The notes under the pieces: model-generated
What the model saw: the letters and a program-made list of their open reading frames with translations, nothing else
Database searches by the model: none
Told to the model about the DNA's origin: nothing
From: Bigelowiella natans CCMP2755
Lineage: Eukaryota; Protista; Cercozoa
DNA length: 64,000 nucleotides
Assembly: GCA_000320545.1 (NCBI GenBank)
Contig: ADNK01003482.1
Span: forward strand, 66,833-130,832
Direction of reading: 5' to 3'
In this document: in pieces, positions 50,999 through 62,600 of the stretch
Layout: the number at the start of each line of letters is the position of its first letter
Position numbering within the stretch: the first letter of the stretch is position 1
Program-made: the position numbers and the translations under genes

Positions 50999-51731
50999 AT
51001 AAAAGAAGGAAGAGAGGTTAAGGTGGGGAACAACTTATGTAAATGTGGCACAAATGAGATATCATTTTCTAGTCGTCATGAGAAGCTCTACTACTCGTTC
51101 ATCGCATCCAGTTTCGGGTCGATTTCCATCTCAGCTGCCACTATTTTAAGGTCATTTGTGGTCCAGCCTGGAAGAGGTAGATGTTTAACAATAGTCGAAG
51201 TGACGACTCAGAAGATCCTCCTCCTCCTCCTCCTCCTCATCATCATCATTATCATCATCAGAGTGATCAGAATCATCAACGTTCTTCGCTCTACATGGCA
51301 ATTCTACGCCTTTCGAACCCACATCAGTCATTTGCCATCAAAAACACAATTTCAGACAAGATCATTGAATGTGCAGTAGCAGCACTGACTCCCCTTTTCC
51401 TCCTCCTCCTCCTCCTCCTACTAGCCCCTCACAACTTATCACATATAATCGTCATCCTCCTCCTCTCTACATCCAAGACTACTTACCAAATTGGATTTCA
51501 GTGTCTAAATTGATAACGTCGAATGGAAACTCCTGCATAAAAGAGAAGGGAGGGGAGGGGGGATGCAACAACTACACCAGTCAGGACTATATCGATGTAT
51601 TAAAGTCCAGGTCATGACGATAAAACATCGACGAGAATGTGATACAAAGACCCTCTTCACGTTCGTTTTCTTCCTTCTACCCTCCTCCGCTACCCCTCTC
51701 GGGTACTCTTCCTCCATTGTCCCCATTCTCT

Positions 51732-51767
<36 letters not shown>

Positions 51768-53200
51768 TTCACCTGCAAGGACATTCTTTGCCGGAGGGTG
51801 GGAATGTAACGTGCGTAACGACAGAAAACAGGCCGCTTTCGCATCATGTAAACACCAGTACACTTTTCGATATCTTCTGTTTTCTCCGTCAGGTTTCCTG
51901 CAGTATATAGCATAAGTTCCATGTTAATAGATAGCAAGGAACTATGACATATTACCATCCTAAAAGTGTAATCAAAGAGAATCAAAATGACGACTGCGAC
52001 AACGACATTGACAACCGAATTGCATGTATGGCTTGAATCCACCAGCATCATCGCCTGAGTTCAGTGTTTATTATTTGATACTGAGAATATGGTACGAGGA
52101 GGAGGAGGGGGGAGGAGGAAATTGCCGAAGACAACCACACTACCCTGACTCAATTCAAAAAAACAAAAAATATTGGGTGGAGAGTAGGATAACGATATAA
52201 CTATAATAATAATAATAATAATGATAATTATGACGATGATAACGAGAATTATGATATTTTGGTAGTGATACATATAGTGGTGTGTCGATAACAACGATCA
52301 TAATCATCCAGCAACAGCTAAAGCTGCGTAAAAGAAAGTGCAGTAAACAACCCTCTCCGTATGGATCCTTCTTGAATTCATAATCGCTCTTCAAGTTATC
52401 TGTGTGGGTGATGAGAGAATTCAATCGGGTACACATTGCTGCTGCTGCTGCGACATATTGGATGTCATGATGAAGTAGCGCATTATTAGATTTGTGTGCA
52501 TATATCATTCCATTCTTCGCCTGGCATTTTTGCATTTGTGCTTCATTCTACACGAACGCACCGTCATCAATCCAATCCATCAAAATCCCCATATCCGGCT
52601 TAAAAAACTATCAAATATCGGATAAGTTGATGATTATATGATAATGATTATTATTATTATTATTATGATGACATATAATTGGCACAAGTTATTTAGGAAA
52701 AAATATCGAAGACAATAGTATGTGTATCAGATGATGATGATGATGATAATGATGATGGTGATGGTGATGCTGATGCTGATGATGACAAACTTGATTCACC
52801 ACCACATACATACCTCGTCGATTAGATTCACTTCCTGTGATAGCAGCATCCAGAATTCAATAGTGATAACGATGATAGGATGATGATAAAGCCGAGGCAG
52901 CATGAGAGAAGATCGCAGGAAACATATACCGCATAGGAATAATAATGATAATAATAATAATAATAATAATAATACAGTGAAAAAAGAGAAAGGTGTCAGC
53001 TACTCGGAGTTAGGATAAGACTATCAGGCAATACATGCATACATATACATCACCAACACAGCGATTTCGAGGAGATAATTGGTATGGGGAGCTGCTTGCT
53101 ACTTTCTCTTTCCTTCTGAACGCGTGCATGAGTGTGTGCGAACGTTCTTACCAGCACGTCGTTGAGCATGCAGGAGAACATCACCACGTGCTACACAGCA
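49322..53200 (-). CDS. Pentameric ligand-gated ion channel subunit lacking the Cys-loop cysteines, multi-exon, 5' end uncertain
   Basis: EVNLIDE; LRQRMSLQ|EFPFDVINL; YPEIIVRLTLARNPWYYIMRLVMP (pre-M1/M1); IADRFS|ISGTIVLS (M2); LPKVPYVTRIDIW (M2-M3); KIDVLSAIGYMLGVFLVTAWF (M4). Confidence 0.85.
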
Positions 53201-54039
53201 TATCATCACCAAGGGAAGAGAAAGGGGACGATGAGTGGGGTTGGGATATTATTGCTAAGGGAGATAATAAAGCGTCGCTTAAACAGAGAATAGACCGGCG
53301 AACAAAGGAGCTGCTGAGCATATAGGTGGGAATGCTAATAGGGGTGTGACATTCGATACGTCGATGGACACTCCGGTCGCCCTTGTGTTTATGTGTACGT
53401 GTGTGAGGTGAAATCCGTAATCGTTGCTTGCTTCAAATGTTATTGTGGATAGTTAATGTCTCTACCTTCCCCCCCATCTTCTCGTCCTTTTCACCTTTCT
53501 ATGGCCATTTCGATGATGAAATCACAAATACGAGGAGAAACAGACTCAGCGGAGGAGGACGGGGGTTAGGAGAGGCAAAATGCCTTGCTTCCTTACTGAA
53601 GCTATTGTGTTAGAATTACAACAACCGGTGGGAATTTGTAAGGCCTTCGCACATCCAACGATTTCCTGCCTGCAACAACCGTAGTACCGCTGTGCTTGCT
53701 TTCGCTGCTTTTCGTTTCACCTTTAGTTGTATGATATTCATGATACATCGAGTATGAACATGATGATCAGAAATAAGGGCTAAGTATCATTTTCTCTTCA
53801 CTTAGAAAGAAGAACTTCCTATTTACACACATGTTTTCAGCGCTGACTGTTAATATTAAAGTTGTGCCACCATTTTGTTGGCCATTTAGCTTCTTTTCCC
53901 CAAGCTTCAGAATATTTCCATTCGGGCGTTTTCTTAAATAAAAATCACGTTTGTGTGTGTGTGGGGGGGGGGGGTGGGGTTGTGCGTGTATATACCCATT
54001 TGATGCTACATAAGTAGCAACACCTCACCTTTCTTCCTG

Positions 54040-55247
54040 CAAGATCGATTGGCTCCCAATGCATAGAGCTACGGCAGTCCCGACATTTAAGCCAACTGAG
54101 ATTCGAGGATATATAAGACGCAATATGCTTCCACTTCCGCATATTAAATTAGGTAAAGAGCAAGTTGTAAGTGAAACTAGAGGTAACAAGGAATATCACA
54201 TACACTGATAGCCAGCAATAGCAGAGATGATACAGGACACCACAACTTTTTCCCAGGCGACTCCTACAGTACCATGTCGTAGAATATTTGTTGATTAAAG
54301 GTCAGCAGTTCATGCAAGGAACACCTCACTAAAAGAGAATCGACTACTTTTCGGGCCTTGCTTCATCGAATCCTTTTCAGCTGTAGTACACCAGCGGATC
54401 ACTACAACCAGCATCATCATTCCGAAGGTGGTAAATGCACATGCGCTGGCATGGACGTAGGAAGCTGGAATCTTCAGAAAGTCGAACATCTGTCAGGATT
54501 AAGCGAAATACAGAATGACTTACGAATCCGCTTCATAGATATCACCCAGAAAAAAAGATCGTTCTGACCTCGATAACGATGCTTAGAGCGTCCACCATTT
54601 TCTGTGATTGCATTAGAGATTTTATTCCTGAAATTTCGAAATCATAGGATCAATGCAGACTCCCAAGACACCGAAATTGATGAACAGTAACGCCCACGTG
54701 CGCTATTACAATGAAATGAGGGGTAAGCTAGGCTGGAGCACCTTGGAATATCTAGGTGAATATGTATATTGCTTACGTTACATCTATGCGACAATCTATC
54801 ATCGTTTGTCGCATCAACATTTAGGGAATTCACCTGCGAGCATGTCGCTGAGATAGTTCGGATGTGGAAAGGTCTCTTGTCGTCGTTCACAGAGTGGGCT
54901 TTGGCATTGTCGTATGTGAGAAATGCAAGCGTACTGTCCTGGCAACTGGACATTTCAAAGTTGAAATTTTGGAGGGAAGGTATATCGTGAGTCTTTACTT
55001 CATGCGAAAATGCATTAAAAAAAACCGATTAGCTGCAAATGACAACTTATTTTGTAAAATTATGCAGAAATTATCCTATAATTTTAGGTTTTTGTACGAG
55101 AAAGATCTACCACAAGTGCTGCTTTATTACAAAGTCCCCTTGAGCCACTCACTGCTCCAGAGGATTTACAAGCACGCATCCGTAGAGCTTATTCCGTGTT
55201 CGTTAACTACGCACATTGGCACTCAAAGTCCATACAAGTCATTCTAA
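54040..55247 (+). CDS. Possible multi-exon hypothetical protein
   Basis: AG/GT-bounded coding-like blocks (IDWLPMHRATAVPTFKPTEIRGYIRRNMLPLPHIKL; RLLQYHVVEYLLIK; GFGIVVCEKCKRTVLATGHFKVEILEG). A full frame could not be reconstructed. Confidence 0.3.
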
Positions 55248-57214
55248 ATGGCTAAAGTAAGCGAATCGTGCGTTATTAATATCTCTTTTGGAGAGGTCCA
55301 GCAGCGGGTTCGATTCTTTAAAGGCACATCCTATGAGGCCCTCCAACAGATCTGTAAGGATGTGCATGGATTAGATCGATCTCTTTCAGTGCTGATCAGA
55401 GACCAAGGTCCTTTTTACCTGACATTTTATCAGACGTAATTTCTCACTTACCTTCCAAAATCTTGTAGACGGGGTTGCTGTTGCTCTATCCGACGGTATT
55501 CCACACGAAAGCACTTTCAGACTTGAGATTATCAAGCGAAAGAGGAAACAGCCTTCGAGCAAAGTGGATGGTTCTGGCAAGAGTCGCTCTGGTCCAAAAC
55601 AAAATTCCATCAAGAAGCAGCAGAAGAAGTCTAAATTACAATGCATAACCCCATCCGGAGCTCATTCCAGCAATTTGGTATCGGATTCGAATCTCGGCAG
55701 AAAGACCTTGTTTACGAAATCTCCATCGCAGAGCGAAACACCGTCTTCTCAAGGAAACGAAAATCAAAAGTCGAAGAAGATTAAACCTAAAATCGAGAAG
55801 GAGGAAAAAATCGACTGGAAAGTGGGGGATGTGTGCGAGGCGAAGGTTGATGGAACGTGGAGGAAAGCCAAAGTTATCCGAGTTCGCAAGGGAAGAATCT
55901 CCATCTCTATTGCGGATATGCTTGGGAAATTTATGGACAAGCCTCTGCGCCCGATCGCAAACAAATCTATGAAGCCAGTGCAACAAACGGCGGAAAGAAA
56001 ATTAGTATCATCAGAATTGGAAACTATCCAGAACAATATGGAGGATGTCGAAGGAATTGACTTAGCGGATAATTCCAAATCTTTCTGTCCTGAGCTTTCC
56101 CAGCTTCCCTTAACTCAGAAAGATGTGGCACCAAAGATGTTGCCAAATTCATCACAGCTACCTGCTACTCTTGACAGAAAATCGTTCACGAATTTAAAAT
56201 TCTTCGCAGCAAAAGGTAGCTGCCCACCGCCTCTTTGGGGAGCAACTATGACAACAGCACACGACGGGAAAGTAATTCTCCATGGAGGAAACACCGCTGA
56301 TTCCACCCACGATCACCTATACTGCTTCAATAGTCATAGCGGGGAATGGACGGAGTTGGCTGTGGTATGTGCTGGAATAATGTTCGCACTATTTCTCAAA
56401 AAAACGTTCTTACAAAGGGGAGTCAAGAAAAGGCCAATTTTATTCCTAAAATATATATATCCCGCGTTGAATCTCAAATTAATCTCGCGCAGCAATGTGT
56501 GTGTTTGTGTGTTTGTGTGTGTGTTATGTGTATGTCCGACGAAAAAATTGAGTAGTTATGCGATGTACTTGCAGGATCGAAAGCCACAAGCTCGTGCATG
56601 GCACAGCGGTACATCCTCACTCATGCATTATTCTCAATCGATTGAATATCTTCTTAGTTGATTTCAATCATATGCTTTATTAATTAGCCACTTACGTTCC
56701 GGACCAATCTTTGATCTTCATATTTGGAGGTGATAACATTTTTTTCAGACTGCTTCTCGTCATCCTGCATCAACATTTTCAGCAGGCACAAGGTTGGACA
56801 TGACAATATATTACATTACTTCATTAGGGGAGAGTGTTTCAAGTCGCCGAAATCCAAAGGTGCTAAGCGAACCTCTACTTCTGGACACGGGTAAGTCAAA
56901 ATTGCCGTATTGCGAACGCAAGAGGGGAAAGGGGAAGTGGTCACTTCGCGTGATATTGTAACATGCACCGCCTTCGATATTCCTTTTTGAGGAGCTAATA
57001 CTTAACTTTTCCTGCAGAGCTGCATTATTTCTACCCCCCGGCAACAAACGGTCCATGCCCCAAACCACGAGCAGGCCATTCCTCCTCGTTAGTTGGGGAC
57101 AATATCATCATTTTTGGAGGCTGTAACGGTGTGAACTTCTTCAATGAAGTCTTCTGCCTGAACCTGAAAACTTGGACTTGGTAAACAATGTTCTTCGTAC
57201 GAGAAATAATACTC

Positions 57215-57249
<35 letters not shown>

Positions 57250-57768
57250 ACATAGAACATACATTCTGGTTCATCACATCGTCTTAATGTTGATACGACC
57301 TCTTCCTATCATGGGGTGGTTAGGTCTCAGCCTAAAGTGATCGGAGAGTCTCCAGAGCCTAGAGGATATCACGCTGCAACACCCGTAGGGTCATGTTTGG
57401 TTATCTGTGGAGGAAACGATAGAAAGAACACATATGACTCCGTGTGGATTCTCAATACTGAGCTCTGGATATGGCAAAAAATGGACAACATAAACATCCC
57501 AGCGCTGACCGGGCATAAAAGCATTCTCATCGGAGAAACCATATTTTACGCAGGGGGTTGGAACACGCAAGAGGAAGAGGAAGATAGGAAATGCTCGGAA
57601 TACGTCATTGCATTAGATACAAAAACTTGGCAGATGGAGACCGTTACAGCCTGCCCATTCTTTAGCCGCGTGGGTCACAACTTGACAGTTGTGAAAAATC
57701 GGCTTGTGATGTTTGGAGGCAGAGGCGCTGGCGGTGTTCTAAATTCCGATCTATATTTGTCACAATAA
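55248..57768 (+). CDS. Kelch-repeat beta-propeller protein with a Tudor/Agenet-like domain, multi-exon
   Basis: WKVGDVCEAKVDGTWRKAKVIRV (Tudor-like). Kelch blades: VILHGGN, PQARAWHS, PCPRPRAGHS, GESPEPRGYHAA...ICGGN, SRVGHNL...LVMFGGR. Confidence 0.88.
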
Positions 57769-57833
57769 GCCAAATGAAACTCAACAAATTTAATCCTTCA
57801 AGTAACAAATATACATTTGTACAAATATCACCC

Positions 57834-57873
<40 letters not shown>

Positions 57874-58319
57874 ATTCCATCGCTAGTGCTTATAATCTTG
57901 AAATTAGTATCCTATTTACATTCATAACGTGCTTATATGCAAGTTGAAAGTGACTTATTCTCCGAAGTAGTCATCACCTCGCAGCGTAGGTCCAGATGTT
58001 GTAGAAACCACTTTGAATATCGAAGCATCCAGAACGCACATAGCCACACGGTTTTCATCACGACTGAAATATGTAGTGTGAATCTACAGTTGATTGCGTG
58101 ATAGCAATGTAATTGGTGGGTCACAACAATTCGGGAGGATGGGATGAGCGTCGATGGTATCATCTAGATCATGCCGCCGCGCCAATTCGCAAGCAAGCTA
58201 GCATGAATGCAAGCTGAGTTAATGCTGATCATTGGAGTGGCTCCGCCTCATAGCATCTACTAGCTAGCTAGTCTGAGTCACACACATGCGCATGCGATGT
58301 GCGTGCACAGATGGAGATG

Positions 58320-58876
58320 CTTTCGATTCAAATGCATGACACACATAATAGACTAGGCACAACCTAAGCGCTGCGTAGCCGCTGCGCTCAATTTGCACAG
58401 CTGCATCAGGATGACTGTCACAAGTCCGTCAAACCTGTAACGAATCGCCAGAATGTGCATTTGGAAGCTTTTGCGCGCGACCAAGCGCGTCATGTGATGC
58501 AATGGACATTGGATTTGCTCGCATTTCTTTGAAATTTTTCGTGCATATCACATTTGGTCAAACGCACACGCAACAAAAGCATTCAAAATGTGGCAGAGAA
58601 CAAACGCGCAGCGCGCATCCGCTACACAACGGGTGTGAATTTTCACACTTTGAGGCCTTGAAAATGGACATTTTGGTCAACATTTCGGTCATTTTTTCAG
58701 GTTTGGCCATCGGACAAGTTCTAATGACTTTTCTTTGACTAACTGCAACTGCCTGCTGCTTCAAAGCGCGTCGCAAAGCGCTGCACTGTTCACAACCCCG
58801 TCGTTACCGGGTTTGACGGACTTGTGGTTGACAAAAGATTTGCATTGATCACTTCATTGCATCCGTCTCTGTCTCA
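58320..58876 (+). mobile_element. LINE 3' fragment, copy F, interrupted by a TIR element, within island ~58160-59600
   Basis: ttcaaatgcatgacacac...gtagccgctgc...cagctgcatcaggatgactgt [insertion] gttgacaaaagattt...cacttcattgcatccgtctc. Confidence 0.75.
58419..58826. mobile_element. 408-bp non-autonomous DNA transposon with ~25-bp TIRs starting CACAA and an apparent 2-bp (GT) TSD
   Basis: Left end cacaagtccgtcaaacctgtaacga; right end tcgttaccgggtttgacggacttgtg. Removing it plus one GT restores the LINE text atgactgttgacaaa. Confidence 0.85.
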
Positions 58877-59688
58877 CATGTGCTAGTGTGGACGTAAACC
58901 ATTGCATTCATCATCAGCAGCAATGCACACATTTTGCAGCAATGTGTGACACATAGCAAGCAGCTTGCACATGCTAGCTGCCAGAGCATGCAGCGGCCGC
59001 GCACCACGTACGCGCGCGTGCAGCTCCATGTGGTCAATTGTTAATTAGAGCTATGCATCTAGAGGTGCAGCGCGCCAAACATAGCACACCCCCTATACAT
59101 AGCACGCGCACAAGGCATGCCAGCATGGTCTACTGGAGAGGTGAAACTGCTTGACTGTTGCAAGCTAGCATGCAAGCTAGCAAGGCTAGTCCAAGGGCAT
59201 CTGGCTGCACGTGCATGGCTCGAGGCAATGCCATTTCCACAGTCGATCTCTCCATGCCTCATGTCTAGCTAGATGATGTGTTTGGCATCACAATGTGCAT
59301 GGACATTTAATCATGCGATCATGCGCATCGCACGCCACGCATGCGCTCTACGCAGTCCAAGGCATGCCGATGTAATACACCGAGGCGGGCTAGCGGGATC
59401 GGAAGGCCTGTCTAGACTAGACCACAACGTAGCTAGCTGCGTCGGCCCCTGCTAGCCTGAGTCGGCTGCAGCATGCGTCATGCGAAACTAAGGCATCATG
59501 CCAATGTGCACTACACATGGACAGCATGCTAGCATGATGAGTGCCTAGCGACACAAACATGTCTAATGTGCATGATCTACATGGCATTTGAACTCACTGC
59601 ATTAGCAGTGTGAGTTGCCGAATGACGTTGTTGGGGTCTAGATAGTTTCAATTGCATGATTTTTTTTAAAAACAGGTTTTGGGGGGAC

Positions 59689-62600
59689 TCATTTGGATTC
59701 GTCCATCTTGTTTTCGTCATCGTCTTCAGGCGTGTAGCTAGGAGATGCAGGGGAATATTGAGGGCTAGTTGGGGAATACTGTGGACTGGTGCCAGCGTTT
59801 GTTGGAGATGTTGGAGAGTAGCTCGGCGAAGTAGGGCTATAGCTTGGAGAGGTTGGGCTATAACTTGGAGAGGTTGGGCTATAGCTTGGGGATGTTGGGC
59901 TATAGCTTGGGGAGGTAGGGCTATAACTTGGAGAGGTAGGGCTATAGCTTGGGGAGGTAGGGCTATAGCTTGGAGAAGTAGGGCTGTAGCTTGGCGAAGT
60001 AGGGCTATAGCTTGGAGAGGTTGGGCTATAGCTTGGCGAAGTAGGGCTATAACTTGGAGAGGTTGGGCTATAGCTTGGGGAGGTAGGGCTATAGCTTGGG
60101 GATGTTGGGCTGTAACTCGGAGAGGTTGGACTATAGCTTGGGGAGGTAGGGCTGTAGCTGGGAGAGGTGGGGCTATAGCTTGGAGAGGTGGGGCTATAAC
60201 TTGGAGAGGTGGGGCTGTAGCTTGGCGATGTAGGGCTATAGCTAGGAGAGGTAGGGCTATAACTTGGTGAGGTAGGGCTGTAACTTGGAGAAGCAGGAGT
60301 GTAGGACGGGGATGCTGGAGTATAAGAGGGCGAAGCTGGAGTATATGACGGAGAATCAGGAGTATACGAAGGGGAAGCAGGAGTATTGTTAAATCCTGGA
60401 GATGCAGGAGAGAATCCCCCAGGACTATACGGTCCACTCGGCGATTCAGCACCACCAACCACGGGTGAGAAACTGGCCCGCTGATCCATCGGAGACCATC
60501 CCCCATTACTATTTGGAGACCAGTTGCCACCAGCTCCTCCCCCTCCTGATGAGGGAGTCATAGGGTAGTTAGGTGTTAATCCTCCTCCCATGCCTCCTGC
60601 CACCTTTGGAGTCATTCCTGCTTCCTCATCCAGCAAGAAGTTGTCTTCGATGATTCCATCATCGACATCTTCCACATCAAGGACATTGAGTATATTCTGG
60701 TTGAGATACAAGTCAAAGAACCCTGTTCCAAGCCTAGGTAGTTTCCCTAGAATGATCGCTTCGGATACCCCAGTCACGTTGTCACGCTGCGAAAAGGCCG
60801 CTGCGTCCATGAGAATTTCGACGGTTTGTTCGAAAGAGCATCGCATCAAAGGACCCGCATTTGTTTTATTGATTCCATGTCTTGTGATAGGCATCAAACC
60901 ACCACCATAAGTCATAGTATCTACCAACATTGACAAATGCCTGTAATTCACGTAGGAACCATCGAACTCAATCACACCTCGCAATTCTTGGAGTAATGAC
61001 TGTCTAGCCGCCTCAATTCCCATTGCCTCAAGCATTTCGATAATGTTATTCGAGAAAGTCCTCGTGTGATCAACGCCTTCGACAGTCATAGCTTCTACTA
61101 GTGCGCAGCCTTCTGTCTCAAGAATCCATTCCTTTGTTGATTTTTTCCCAAAAGAATGAATTTCTTTATGGGTGGTCGATACTTTATCTATTCCTTTGAT
61201 TCCACCCAAGTCGATGTTCTCCATCAGATGTTCTTCAAGTCGCTTCATGAAAAATGCATCGTCCTCTTCAGTCTCATAATCATCATCTGCTCCTTCGTCG
61301 TCTGCACCACCACCACCATCACCACTGTATCGTATCTGCATAACCAATCGGTCCCTAATGTTATCAGACCCGTAGTAACAATATACTTTATCGTCAAAAC
61401 TAGCCATGATCTTTTGGGCGATGTACCGGAAAGTCATGTCCTGCTCGCCTTGGCCCAATTCCATATAAACATCCTTTTTTTGGCTATCAAACTTCAATCG
61501 TAGCATCCATGGTGACAAATCTTCCTCTTTCATGCCGTACTCCCAGTAGTCTGCGAGGAACTCTCTGTCTTCTTCCACAATAGAATCTTTTAGTTGCTTG
61601 TTAGGTTCGTAGTACATCTCAACTTTTTCAACTAAATCTTTCAAGCGTAGATATTCCATCTTCCTCCAAATGGCCATGGCCCTTTGCTCTTCTTCAGCGT
61701 ATTCTCCTTTTAAGAAAATCGTTAAAGAAGGGGTTTTGATGTTTTTTGCGACGCCAATAATCTCTTTCAATCGAGGCACACCAAGGGTTACGTTCTTCTT
61801 GGACACACCAGCTGCATGAAAAGTGTTCAAAGTCATCTGTGTTGCTGGTTCTCCAATAGATTGGGCTGCGAGAGATCCCACCATCTCTCCAGGACTAGCA
61901 ATAGACTGAAGAAACTTATTTTCTATCATACTGATTAACCATTCGAGCGAATCTTTGGTAAGTTTATGTTCTTTCAACACTCGTTTTGATGCCAGTGTTG
62001 CTCGCAAGTGCATTTTGAAGAGTAGAGTCGCATTTTCCTGCACCTCACGGGATATAGAATCCTTGGGAGCGGTTGAGAATATTCTTATCTTAGAGCATAG
62101 ACCCGCCACTTGATTTACAACGTCTTCAGGATTGAGATCAGTCTTGAGGAGATCATTTTTGGCACTGTTCTTGGCATCCAAGAACCCCCTTTTCCCTACT
62201 CCAAACTTTTCTTGTGCGATCCAAATCAGACGCTTCAGGTTCACTGGGAGGTACACAGAATTCTCCCCCGCAGGTAGAATCCCCCACTGGCGAAGGCGTG
62301 TCCTATCCATCGACAGCTGCTTGAACTCATCAGCAAGAGCTTTGATTGCTGACGGCCCTATCTTCTCCTTCGTGCCAGAAGGCAATAACTCGTTGAGCTG
62401 TTCTTCGTTCTTTGCATCAAGATGGTATTTCTTTCGGAATTGTTCATCGTCCAAGTTGACAGAATCAATCTTTTGTTTTTCAATCCTTTGACCGTCTAGT
62501 CCATCCTCCCCGTAGCAAAACTGTATGATGTCACCGTGTGAAGTACGAACAGTGTTGTCGTATTGCAAGGTAATATCCTCCATAGACTTGACCAGACGCC

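Noticed and set aside
59800-60370. Regular 21-bp repeat array as a possible CRISPR or satellite
   Set aside because: No spacers. It is the coding YSPTSPS heptad array.
59577-60530. 317-aa and 204-aa repetitive ORFs (QAIALPP..., RAIAWRG...)
   Set aside because: Alternative-frame and antisense shadows of the RPB1 CTD repeat.
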